Source: Desulfobulbus sp.
Lineage (GTDB): Bacteria; Desulfobacterota; Desulfobulbia; Desulfobulbales; Desulfobulbaceae
Direction of reading: 5' to 3'
NCBI GenBank assembly: GCA_012729435.1
Contig: JAAYDD010000351.1
Coordinates: 1 to 50,278 of the forward strand
Length of the DNA: 50,278 bases
Both the position numbers and the translations under genes were made by a program. Of this stretch, positions 20,995-31,504 are shown one piece after another; the stretch's first letter is position 1; each line of letters begins with the position of its first letter. The notes under the pieces were generated by a model. The model saw only the letters and a list, made by a program, of their open reading frames with translations. It did not search any database and was not told the origin of the DNA.

Positions 20995-22032
20995 ATGCCT
21001 ATGATAAATAGTGCAGCACGAACTTACCGACTTACGGCTCTGACGGATTTATGGACCGGTGACATAAATGGAAAATCAAATCGTCTGATCACCACCGGCC
21101 TGCTCGGTTCCATCCGCTGGTGGTTTGAGGTCTTGGTCCGTGGCCTGGGAGGCAGTGCCTGCGATCCTACTGATACAAAATGTGAAGGCCGAAACCACTG
21201 TGTTGTCTGCGAACTGTTCGGCTGCACCGGCTGGGCGCGCAAGTTCAGATTTGAAGTTCTGGATGAGAATGGCAAGGCCAGGACAAAACAGATCAAAAAA
21301 GATGAAAAATCCAGAGATGAAAAATCCAGAGATGAAAAATCCAGAGATGAAAAATTCAGTCTCCGGTTCACACCTCTGCGTCCGATTCAACGAGAAGAGT
21401 GGGCACTTCTGGATATCACTCTTTGCCTGATCGCTGAGTATGGGGCCATCGGCGGCAAAACCGTTTTCAAACCAACATACGAGCCCGGTCGATTGAAAGA
21501 AAAACATCGTGACGAACCCGGTCGATCGGAAAAAACACATCATCAAGACTATGGTCTGGTGCAGATGGTCACGCCTCGGCGATTCGCTGAAACACGTCGT
21601 GATGATCTGGAGAAATACTTGTCGAAATGGAAAAAACCCAATCACGGTAAGTTCGCCTGGGCTTCTTTGCAGCACTTCTGGCATGTGGATGGGAAGTATC
21701 TCGGCCGGATAGACAATAGTAAAAGCACCTTTAACCAAGTGCTCGGACGTCAGGAGGCAAAACGTCAAGGACAAAAATTGCTTGATCCTAACGATAGTAT
21801 AGCCAAGTGGCTTGCCGGTTCGCAACAGGAAAGCAAGAAGGTGTTCAGTTTCAAAAATCCCGCGAGAACCTTTGGCTTCGTAAAACCTGGCAAGACCGCC
21901 GCTGAAACCAAGAAAGAATTCGAAGAGATGAAGAAGAGACTTGATTCTGCTTGGGGGCAAAACGGCTGGGACTTTCTTGATGGAGACAAGATCATTGACC
22001 AGCTATTCACTGAGAAGGAGGGACGCTCATGA
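20995..22032 (+). CDS. cmr1: Type III-C CRISPR RAMP (Cas7 group) Cmr1
   Basis: LTDLWTG, TGLLGSIRWWFE, Cys cluster ACDPT...CVVCELFGCTG, YGAIGGK...YG glycine loop; AGGAG RBS before ATG 20995. Confidence 0.88.
   Translation: MPMINSAARTYRLTALTDLWTGDINGKSNRLITTGLLGSIRWWFEVLVRGLGGSACDPTDTKCEGRNHCVVCELFGCTGWARKFRFEVLDENGKARTKQIKKDEKSRDEKSRDEKSRDEKFSLRFTPLRPIQREEWALLDITLCLIAEYGAIGGKTVFKPTYEPGRLKEKHRDEPGRSEKTHHQDYGLVQMVTPRRFAETRRDDLEKYLSKWKKPNHGKFAWASLQHFWHVDGKYLGRIDNSKSTFNQVLGRQEAKRQGQKLLDPNDSIAKWLAGSQQESKKVFSFKNPARTFGFVKPGKTAAETKKEFEEMKKRLDSAWGQNGWDFLDGDKIIDQLFTEKEGRS
21301..21360 (+). repeat. In-frame 15-bp tandem repeat in cmr1 (GATGAAAAATCCAGA x3 plus one copy with 2 mismatches; DEKSR)
   Basis: Read directly from the sequence. 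Confidence 0.97.
21479..21544 (+). repeat. Diverged 33-bp tandem duplication in cmr1 (EPGRLKEKHRD / EPGRSEKTHHQ)
   Basis: 26/33 identity by manual alignment. Confidence 0.75.
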
Positions 22033-23027
22033 GTTTTGACTATTACGCCTCTTTGGATAAAGTGAAATCCTGCCCGCAGCAGGTCAACGAGGGCGGACTT
22101 GCTTCCGGCTTTGTGGATGGATGCTCGGTCTGGTTCTGTCGTGACGGTCAGAAAAACAAGGCCCGTCAATCCTACATGAAACGAGCTGCTGTGGAACTCA
22201 ATCCTCTGGAACCTGAATTAGAACCGAACTTTGCTCCGCTTCCAGACTCGGCCTGGTTTGGCATCGACGTTTTCTTCACTCTGAAATCGCCCTGGTACTC
22301 AAAGGACGACCGTCCCTTTCACGTCTTGGACAATCCTGTGCGCAAGGATCGGGTCTTTGGCGTGCCCTTCATGTCTGCAGCTTCCTGGAAGGGGCTTCTG
22401 CGTTGGGCCTGCAGGATGCAAGCAGGTTTATTCGATCATCTTGAAAGGCACAATGTGAAAATGGATGACTGGAAGGATCCTCCCTGGATCGTCCATCTTT
22501 TCGGCAATGAGAAAGGCGAGCAGGAAAATTTCTGCGCCGGATCACTGATCTTCTATCCAACCTGGTTCAATAAAATCGGTTTCGAGGTCATCAACCCCCA
22601 CAGCCGTACCCGTCGGGCCGGGACCCAACCCATTTACTACGAAGTTGTTCCAGCCAAGACAGAAGGCAGGTTGCGACTGCTCTATGCGCCCCTGCCTGGA
22701 GAAAATGAGCGTGACAAAGTGACACCAGACCACTTCATCGACAACCTCATAGGCAGTATAAAGGCGCTTCTTGAAACCTATGGCTTCTCCGCCAAACGTA
22801 CCGCCGGATGGGGCACTGCGGAGGTCGACAAATGGGCAGGCTATACCAAGACCACCGCGCAACCTCCAAAGGCTGAACCGCGATCCAAAAAGAAGACTCT
22901 CCACAGTCTTCAGGACCTTAGCGCTCTGGTACGTGAGCAGAGCTCACCTGGTTCCTTCACTTCAGAGGATGCGGAAGGATTCAAAGCGGAGATGAAAAGC
23001 CGAATTGTCTGGAAGAGAGGTGACTAA
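22029..23027 (+). CDS. cmr6: Type III-C CRISPR RAMP (Cas7 group) Cmr6
   Basis: PWYSKDD, NPVRKDRVFGVPF...SWKGLLR, LFG, EVINPH...PIYYEVVP, YGFSAKRTAGWG; ATGA overlap with cmr1. Confidence 0.85.
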   Translation: MSFDYYASLDKVKSCPQQVNEGGLASGFVDGCSVWFCRDGQKNKARQSYMKRAAVELNPLEPELEPNFAPLPDSAWFGIDVFFTLKSPWYSKDDRPFHVLDNPVRKDRVFGVPFMSAASWKGLLRWACRMQAGLFDHLERHNVKMDDWKDPPWIVHLFGNEKGEQENFCAGSLIFYPTWFNKIGFEVINPHSRTRRAGTQPIYYEVVPAKTEGRLRLLYAPLPGENERDKVTPDHFIDNLIGSIKALLETYGFSAKRTAGWGTAEVDKWAGYTKTTAQPPKAEPRSKKKTLHSLQDLSALVREQSSPGSFTSEDAEGFKAEMKSRIVWKRGD

Positions 23028-26000
23028 TGACTAAATCTCAACCTTCAGAGAACACCTTGCGACAACATCGCCCTCTGCTTTTGGCCTGTGAGGCAATCGG
23101 CTGGCTGCATATGACCGGCAAGGCCAGGCTTGATTTTTTGGAGGCGCATGGCGGCCAGAAGAACAATTATGATTACAAGAAGTGGCCCGAGCAGGAGAAC
23201 CCACCCTTTCCCTGGGATGACCTGCTGCAATGGGTAAGAAATAAGTTCAGCCTGGAGAATGATGTGTGGCCGGGAACTTTCACTGATTTCATCTCCAAAC
23301 ATGCAGGTCGGAATGGCGGGTTGCTTGGCCTGCTCCAGGCCGGTCATGCTATGGCGTCGGGTATAGAGAAGCAGAGTTTCCCGCAAAAAACAGTTGAATA
23401 CCTGGGCCAGGATGTCACCCACATGTGGTTATCTTCGGCCTTTGGCCAACCAGTCCGCAACCTGTTAGCCGACCCGCCTAAATTGCTGACCGAAGCCGGA
23501 TGGAAAGGGCTACTTGGACAAATTGAGAAGCTGCTGAAGGACCTTAAATGTCTGGGCAACCCAACGCAGTCTCATACTGCCAACAATCTTGATGATTGGT
23601 GGCATTGGCGCAATGGGGCAATTGGGTCTGATGGATGGTTGCGCAAGGTGTTTACCAGTACCCTGGCTGAAACCAGATTGCCGAACAACGATGTCACGCT
23701 CTTTGACCAGTCCTATGTGGCGGCTGCCCTATTCAAAAGCGCGGTGGCCGGAGCAATTTCAGAAGGCACAAACTTCCCCTGGTCCAGCAACGGCCTCAAA
23801 CAACAGACCCGCTGGCGGCTTTTAACCATCGGGATCGGTGCGGATCATTACGAAGCCCGGGCGGTGAAGATCGGCGACTGGACCGGGGCGCGGCTGGCTA
23901 TAGATGAGCTATTCAATGACGTTTGTAAGATCGTTGAGATCGATCTGGCGGTAGGTTCCCTGCTCTACAGAGACGCTCAAACCTGTGTCTTTTCGTTTCC
24001 GGGAGAGCGATCCGATAACGGCGAAGCAGAGTATCAGGGTGGTGATTTACATATCACAGACTGGCAAAACTGGCTGATAGAGAAGATTGATTGCTATGCG
24101 AAAAAGTCCAACTTTGAAATGCCACCCTACTGCCATATCAGCCAGCCTTCCCGCTCCCTTGTGGGGATGACAGCGGAAATCCGCAAGGCACGCGAAACCA
24201 TGGCTGTACCACTCCACCGCTATTGGCAGATCCCTGGTGAGAATCCGTCTAGTGGTCATGTCTGTCCGGTCTGTCTTGTGCGCAGAAACAATTCAAAAAC
24301 AGACAAGCAGATGCCGTGTGACCCGTGTAAAGCTCGGCGGACTCATCGTCTGGACAAGTGGTTGGATGTGGAATTCGGATCAGACTCCATCTGGATCAGC
24401 GAGGTGGCGGATGCCAATGATCGCGTAGCCCTTGTCACCATGAGCCTGGACATTGAACCCTGGCTAGACGGTACCCGGCTGGATGCGCTCAGAACCCAGG
24501 CTATTGCAGAGTGGTGCAGGTTTAATCCCACCTTGAAAAACCAACCAAACCCCATTGATCCCTCTACCTGTTTCGACAGTCTCTTGCAACACATCAAGGG
24601 CAAACTCGTCAAGGGCAAACTCGTCAAGGGCAAACTCGTCAAGGGCAAACTCGTATCTTTTGACAAGGCAGACCCTGTACTGAGCAGTCTGCAGGAAGGC
24701 TACCGCCACATGAAAAAGAAGGGTGATCAACGAAATGATGAGGAAATCTGGAAAGAGTACTTCTCGTTGATCGTCGAGGATCGCAGCGATGCACCTCAAT
24801 GGGATGGCCTTGATGAAGATGGCCGTGCCGCATGGCTCACCCATCAGTTGCTCCGTAAGCTCGCCTCGCCGGGCCGCATTTATCGCTTTGAGCGGCAGGC
24901 TGAGGATTTCTTCAAAGCCCTGCTGGCCGAATTTCGCGAGATAGCGGCCGCAGATCAGAACCATTGGCGTGTGCGACGTTTGGTCATCAAGCCTGATAGC
25001 ACTACATCCGATTCGTGGAAAGACCGGCAGACCTATGGCGGACGTTATGGGGATGCTCCGGTAAGCCTGTTGTATCGTGAAAAGACCAAGGATTTTGTCA
25101 CCATCTGCAACCTGGCCCGACTTCTGAAATCGGAGCAAGACAAGAACAGCCTGCATGGGATCAATCTGGAATTGAAAGCAGATGACAGTGTGGAAACCAA
25201 ACCACTTGTTGTGCATTCGACAGCAGACGATGCGAGCGCTCTGGCCGTTTATCACCCGGTGATTCCTCTTGATCTTTCGCCGGTGCGCTTTCGGGTCCTT
25301 CTGCCGCTTGAGGCTGCATCGGCCTGTGTGGATCGGGCCATTGCCGCATGGCGCGATCAATTCGCCCGCGTCTGGGATCGGCTGCCGCTTCGGATCGGGA
25401 TGGTGGCTTTTCCCAGGATGACGCCGTTTCAGGCCGTGATAGAAGCCGCTCGGAATATCGAAGCGGATCTGGATAAATCCAAAGATCCCCAAACCTGGCA
25501 AGTGGAAAGGTGTGATGCCCGGCAGGGTGCCACTATTCTCAGCATCAGGTCGCCGGATTACACTCAGGAGCTGCTTCAAACCATACCCATCAGACTCCCC
25601 GATGGGCGTGAAGATGCATTCTATCCCTACCTTACCGTGGAAGACAGGCAGACCCGTTTTCCTTTGGATTTCAAACATCCTGACGGTCGAATTTTCAGGC
25701 ATGCAAAAGACCTGCAAAAAGGGGACGGTATTTTAGTACATCCCTCGCGCATCATCACTCTCTTCATGGACAGCACAGTCGTACGCTTCGAACCACTGCG
25801 AAAAAACCATCTATCCGAATGGCTACGGATGAGAGATCTCTGGCAGTTGATAGGTCGGCACGCACCCGGTCAGACTGCGCTTCGTGGTGCCTGGTCGGAA
25901 ATTGTCGAAAAACGCGAGGATTGGCAAACACCGGAGGGAACATGGTTGGAGGGAGAAAAAATGGCATGGCTCGATTTCGTCCGTATGGTGTTTCATGAAC

Positions 26001-26125
26001 GTCTGGGTGTACAAGATGCCTGCCTTGAAACGTTGGTGGCAGCTGCCGGAGATGGGCTCCTGGAATGGAGCCTCGTATGGCACATGAGTGTATTAAAAAA
26101 ACAGGTTTCCGGAGGTGACCGATGA
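23027..26125 (+). CDS. cas10: Type III-C Cas10 large subunit (Csx11-like) with degenerate HD and palm motifs
   Basis: 1032 aa; LHMTGK at HD position, SAFG, ETRLPNNDVTLFD, Zn finger CPVC...CDPC, LDIEPWLDG and SPGRIYR palm motifs; no GGDD; position between cmr6 and cmr4. Confidence 0.87.
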   Translation: MTKSQPSENTLRQHRPLLLACEAIGWLHMTGKARLDFLEAHGGQKNNYDYKKWPEQENPPFPWDDLLQWVRNKFSLENDVWPGTFTDFISKHAGRNGGLLGLLQAGHAMASGIEKQSFPQKTVEYLGQDVTHMWLSSAFGQPVRNLLADPPKLLTEAGWKGLLGQIEKLLKDLKCLGNPTQSHTANNLDDWWHWRNGAIGSDGWLRKVFTSTLAETRLPNNDVTLFDQSYVAAALFKSAVAGAISEGTNFPWSSNGLKQQTRWRLLTIGIGADHYEARAVKIGDWTGARLAIDELFNDVCKIVEIDLAVGSLLYRDAQTCVFSFPGERSDNGEAEYQGGDLHITDWQNWLIEKIDCYAKKSNFEMPPYCHISQPSRSLVGMTAEIRKARETMAVPLHRYWQIPGENPSSGHVCPVCLVRRNNSKTDKQMPCDPCKARRTHRLDKWLDVEFGSDSIWISEVADANDRVALVTMSLDIEPWLDGTRLDALRTQAIAEWCRFNPTLKNQPNPIDPSTCFDSLLQHIKGKLVKGKLVKGKLVKGKLVSFDKADPVLSSLQEGYRHMKKKGDQRNDEEIWKEYFSLIVEDRSDAPQWDGLDEDGRAAWLTHQLLRKLASPGRIYRFERQAEDFFKALLAEFREIAAADQNHWRVRRLVIKPDSTTSDSWKDRQTYGGRYGDAPVSLLYREKTKDFVTICNLARLLKSEQDKNSLHGINLELKADDSVETKPLVVHSTADDASALAVYHPVIPLDLSPVRFRVLLPLEAASACVDRAIAAWRDQFARVWDRLPLRIGMVAFPRMTPFQAVIEAARNIEADLDKSKDPQTWQVERCDARQGATILSIRSPDYTQELLQTIPIRLPDGREDAFYPYLTVEDRQTRFPLDFKHPDGRIFRHAKDLQKGDGILVHPSRIITLFMDSTVVRFEPLRKNHLSEWLRMRDLWQLIGRHAPGQTALRGAWSEIVEKREDWQTPEGTWLEGEKMAWLDFVRMVFHERLGVQDACLETLVAAAGDGLLEWSLVWHMSVLKKQVSGGDR
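24594..24653 (+). repeat. In-frame perfect 15-bp tandem repeat in cas10 (TCAAGGGCAAACTCG x4; KGKLV)
   Basis: Read directly from the sequence. Confidence 0.98.
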
Positions 26126-27102
26126 CTACAAACAATCGGAGTTTTGAGACATTCCCGTTTGCCGGCCTGGCGCTTGACCCCATCCATGTCGGTACCGGCG
26201 GAACCCGGCTGGGTCGGGTGGACAACACCATCGTGCGCGATCCGGTCACACGGATACCAAAGATCCCCGGATCGAGCCTGGCTGGAGTCATGCGGGCCTA
26301 CACAGCCATGGCAAAGGAGAAATACCCTCAATGCGCGGGCCTTGGTCAGCCAGGGTCTGATGGCACTGGGGGCCATTGTGGAGAGGCTAACTGCCCTGTG
26401 TGTACCGTGTTTGGTTTTGCCAAAGGCACTGGTGCAAGTGGCGGGTTTGCTGGACTGGCTGCCTTCAGCGATATGCACGTGCTGCTCTTTCCTGTGGCCT
26501 CACAACTGGGGCCACAGTGGATCACCTGTCCCATGGCGTTGAGACAGCTTTGCAATGGCAAGTCACAAGACTTTGATGCCCCCAATGAAAATGCAATATA
26601 TCGTAAAGAAAAAGTGCAGACATTGAATCTCGGCTGGCTTCTTCTGCCAGTGAAAACGGATTGGCAGCAACTGGACAAGGTTACTGAAGTTATCAAAAAA
26701 CTGCATATACCGGATTACATCATCAGCCGTTTGTGTGTCGTCTCCGACAAGCTGTTCATCCATATCGTGAACAGCAACCTTGAAGTACGGACCTCGGTGG
26801 CCATTGATCCGGCCACGGGCGCAGCTGAGGAAGGAGCACTGTTCACCTATGAAGCCCTGCCCCGAACCACCGTGCTTTTCTGGGAGCTGACCTGCCGGAA
26901 CCCAGAGCACTTTAGAATCGATCAAAAAGAGGTGACGGCGGTTACATCACCGGAAAGGGTAAGAAAGGTTGTTGATACAGGGCACTCTTATCTGGAACAT
27001 CTTGGTATCGGCGGTATGGGAAGCCGGGGTATGGGTCGGCTGCGCGTATTGAAAACAGAAGACCCTGACAGTGCGGATAATACAGAAAAGGAAGGTTCAT
27101 AA
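26122..27102 (+). CDS. cmr4: Type III CRISPR RAMP Cmr4 (backbone RNase subunit)
   Basis: DPIHVGTG, VDNTIVRD (Asp34), PGSSLAGVMR, RTSVAIDPATGAAEEGALFTYEALP, GIGGMGSRGMG. Confidence 0.93.
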   Translation: MTTNNRSFETFPFAGLALDPIHVGTGGTRLGRVDNTIVRDPVTRIPKIPGSSLAGVMRAYTAMAKEKYPQCAGLGQPGSDGTGGHCGEANCPVCTVFGFAKGTGASGGFAGLAAFSDMHVLLFPVASQLGPQWITCPMALRQLCNGKSQDFDAPNENAIYRKEKVQTLNLGWLLLPVKTDWQQLDKVTEVIKKLHIPDYIISRLCVVSDKLFIHIVNSNLEVRTSVAIDPATGAAEEGALFTYEALPRTTVLFWELTCRNPEHFRIDQKEVTAVTSPERVRKVVDTGHSYLEHLGIGGMGSRGMGRLRVLKTEDPDSADNTEKEGS

Positions 27103-27503
27103 TGAATACTCCAGCTTTTGAAAACCTGGACCTCGCCTGTGCCAAGGCAGGTAAAACTATTGCGAAGAAGCCGTCAAAGGAGCTTGAGAACATTGTAACA
27201 GACGCGCTTGCTGTTCTGGAAGAACAGGGACTGTACGCCCTCTTTCTCTACCTGGAAAAGGCAGTCAGTGGTACAGAAAAGAAAAAAATGGCTGAGAAGA
27301 TCAGCCTGGAGCTTAATGAATTTCTGAAAAAAACGCCACAACAGTTCCCTTTACTACCTGATAATACTGAAATTTTTGCCTCGTTTCAGCAGATAGCTAA
27401 CAACCTTGATAATCTCCTACTGGCCCGCGATCTGGTCCGGCAGACACTTGTCTATGCCCGTTATCACGCCCGGGTGCCACAGAAGAGCGAGGTGTCCGCA
27501 TGA
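27102..27503 (+). CDS. cmr5: Type III-C small subunit Cmr5 (Cas11)
   Basis: 133 aa helical protein; NLD, ALAVLEEQGLYALFLYL, LVYARYHA; position after cmr4. Confidence 0.8.
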   Translation: MNTPAFENLDLACAKAGKTIAKKPSKELENIVTDALAVLEEQGLYALFLYLEKAVSGTEKKKMAEKISLELNEFLKKTPQQFPLLPDNTEIFASFQQIANNLDNLLLARDLVRQTLVYARYHARVPQKSEVSA

Positions 27504-28393
27504 CCTGGACAGTGATTCGATGGGTGTGGCAACTGAAAGCACCGCTTTTTATCGGCACGCATCCGGCGGGAGCCCTGAACCGATGCAGATTATACGTTCC
27601 ATCCAGGCCGATGCATGGAGCTGTCACCTCCGAGCTGGCACGGCTGAATGGTGATGAAAATTCCAAATTTCCCGACTATGGAAAGTTCGGCAGAGAAGTG
27701 GGGATAAACTGCCGTTTCACCTACCTTTTTCCTGCGGAAAAACAGGACGACAAGTTCCTGGTCTGGACGCCGCAATTTAAAATGGAGAACGGCATCCAAT
27801 GGTACTGCCACGATGGCGAGAGATGTCTGCCTGACCGTGACTTCAGGCGTTGTCTGCTGGACCCCCGACCCGGTACAGCGATTGATCCTGAGTCGGACTC
27901 AGCGTCTGAAGGCACACTCCGGGAGACAGAATGCATCAACCCCTGGTGGCGTGCTTCCAACTCTCAGGGTGATCCGAACCCTGTACTGCTGTTGGGGTAC
28001 GTTTTCCTGAGAAATAACAGTTTTTGCAGACAGCTGGACAGTATCAACACGCTCTTTGTCGGCGGTGACACCCGCTACGGTCTTGGAAAAATATGCCGTG
28101 TGGATTGGCGTGAGGTGTATGGCGACTTGTCCGTTTTCGGGAAGCAGGTTCATCTGGATGAAAAGCATTTCAAAATAGAGAGCGACATCGTTTGGGGACA
28201 TGCTCTGGAAAATGGTCAGTTTCAATTCCAGGATCAAATGCAGGGAATGCAAGAGCTCCTTGGCGGCTGGGACCGAGGTAACCCATGGCAAAGGAAGCTT
28301 GCCTGGATTCCTGGTTCTTTTTCAGAACAGTCAAAAACCTGGTCGATAGATGAGTATGGATACTGGGTGCATCGATCAGGGCCATCCAGATAA
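27500..28393 (+). CDS. cmr3: Type III-C Cas5-group RAMP (Cmr3)
   Basis: LKAPLFIG, RLYVP...HGAVT, TAIDP, VGGDTRYGLG glycine loop; last gene of the operon. Confidence 0.78.
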   Translation: MTWTVIRWVWQLKAPLFIGTHPAGALNRCRLYVPSRPMHGAVTSELARLNGDENSKFPDYGKFGREVGINCRFTYLFPAEKQDDKFLVWTPQFKMENGIQWYCHDGERCLPDRDFRRCLLDPRPGTAIDPESDSASEGTLRETECINPWWRASNSQGDPNPVLLLGYVFLRNNSFCRQLDSINTLFVGGDTRYGLGKICRVDWREVYGDLSVFGKQVHLDEKHFKIESDIVWGHALENGQFQFQDQMQGMQELLGGWDRGNPWQRKLAWIPGSFSEQSKTWSIDEYGYWVHRSGPSR

Positions 28394-28511
28394 AAGGCAG
28401 CGGGGATGGTCAACCAGGCCAAATAAACCGGCAGAACCTGTAACGCCCCTGCCGTCACCGCAAAGAACGGCACGATGAAGTTCAAAGCTCCCTCAACACC
28501 TTGACCGATAA

Positions 28512-28675
28512 CTCAGCTATTTTTACCCGTATCAGAAACGTGACAGAGAGGTCCTTAACAAAATCGGCATCCTCTCCGGCTACCAGGACATTCTTTTCAT
28601 GACCACTGGAACCCTTACTTCAACTGTTGTGGTACGATCCACGCTTTGTGTAATGCCCATCATCTCCGGAGACTG
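28512..28675 (+). pseudogene. IS66-family transposase (TnpC) fragment
   Basis: Manual translation: LSYFYPYQKRDREVLNKIGILSGYQDIL, then a frameshift at ~28598, then HDHWNPYFNCCGTIHALCNAHHLRRL, matching the IS66 HDxW...HxLCNAHHLREL signature. Confidence 0.75.
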
Positions 28676-28689
28676 GATTTTAAAATAAT

Positions 28690-29035
28690 AAAAACTGTGC
28701 ATAAACAGCAGGTTTTTTTATCAAGCATTTTGAAAGGGCTGATTAAGTTGGAACAAACGCAGCATTTACTGCACTAACGCGTCCAATTTGGTCTTGAATT
28801 TCAAAAAAGCAACGAGTAAGTAACCACCTAGGATAATTCAGATTTTGATGTTCCAGAAAAAATGGTGATTTTGAGGTTATCCTGCATCCATTTGAAAAAG
28901 AGTTCGGCCTGCCAACGCTCTTTGTGCAGCTCAAAAATGGCCCTTGTATCCACATGGCCTGTCGGTTGTGATCCCCTCTGCCTTACGGCCCGGGTGCTTC
29001 TGAATCTCCTGTATGTGAGCGTTGCTCTTGAACAC
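28690..29035 (-). pseudogene. IS4-family transposase C-terminal relic
   Basis: LHKERWQAELFFKWMQDNLKITIFSGTSK (YREK-type motif), then after a frameshift YLLVAFLKFKTKL...*MLRLFQLN; weaker upstream piece FKSNAH...KAEGITTD; possible decayed right end TTTATGCACAG near 28695-28705. Confidence 0.75.
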
Positions 29036-29353
29036 GGCCTGATGCCCGGGTGTACATACCTGAGGATGGTGAAACATATCCCTGTCAGGTCTTTGTCGGA
29101 CAGACAATGGCTGAACTCCTGGATGAAGCTCCACAGCCAGGTGCATCTGCGTATCAGAAAATGGACTGCCAGAGATATCGCAGCAGGCCCGCAAGCCCGG
29201 CTATCACCGCCCGGTTCGATCTTCAGCAAACGTGGTTGAAAGTGGTGTTGAAATCATTGACCAGCAGAAACATGACACAGTGCGTGACCACCGCACGCAG
29301 TGGTGGTTGCAGAGAAACCGGAAGAACTGCGACAGCGGCTCTCATCATCATGA

Positions 29354-31159
<1,806 letters not shown>

Positions 31160-31167
<8 letters not shown>

Positions 31168-31504
31168 ACACGAGCCGGTATCATCAAAAAAGTCACGACG
31201 CGGACTGGACAAGAACATTGGCGCAAGGGAAGCGCGCAAGGTCCGGGTGCGGAGCCAGAGCGACCGCACCCTCTGGCACGGCCTGGGGACAGCCGGCGTT
31301 GTCGGCTGGTCTGTGACCGTACCGACCGTGGCCGGGGCATTGCTGGGACTGTGGATCGACCGCCGCTGGCCGGGCGATCTCTCGTGGACCCTGGCACTGC
31401 TGCTGGGCGGGGTCGCACTGGGCTGTATCAACGCGTGGTACTGGATCAGTCAGGAGTCAAGGATGATCGAGAAGGACGAAACCAGAGAGGAGGCCGACCA
31501 GTGA
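31160..31504 (+). CDS. atpQ: N-ATPase AtpQ (AtpI/AtpZ-like) membrane protein
   Basis: GLGTAGVVGWSV...PT...GLWID...SWTL...GCINAWYW; ATG 31160. Confidence 0.87.

Noticed and set aside
20995-28393. Type III-B assignment
   Set aside because: The order cmr1-cmr6-cas10-cmr4-cmr5-cmr3 and a GGDD-less Csx11-like large subunit fit III-C.
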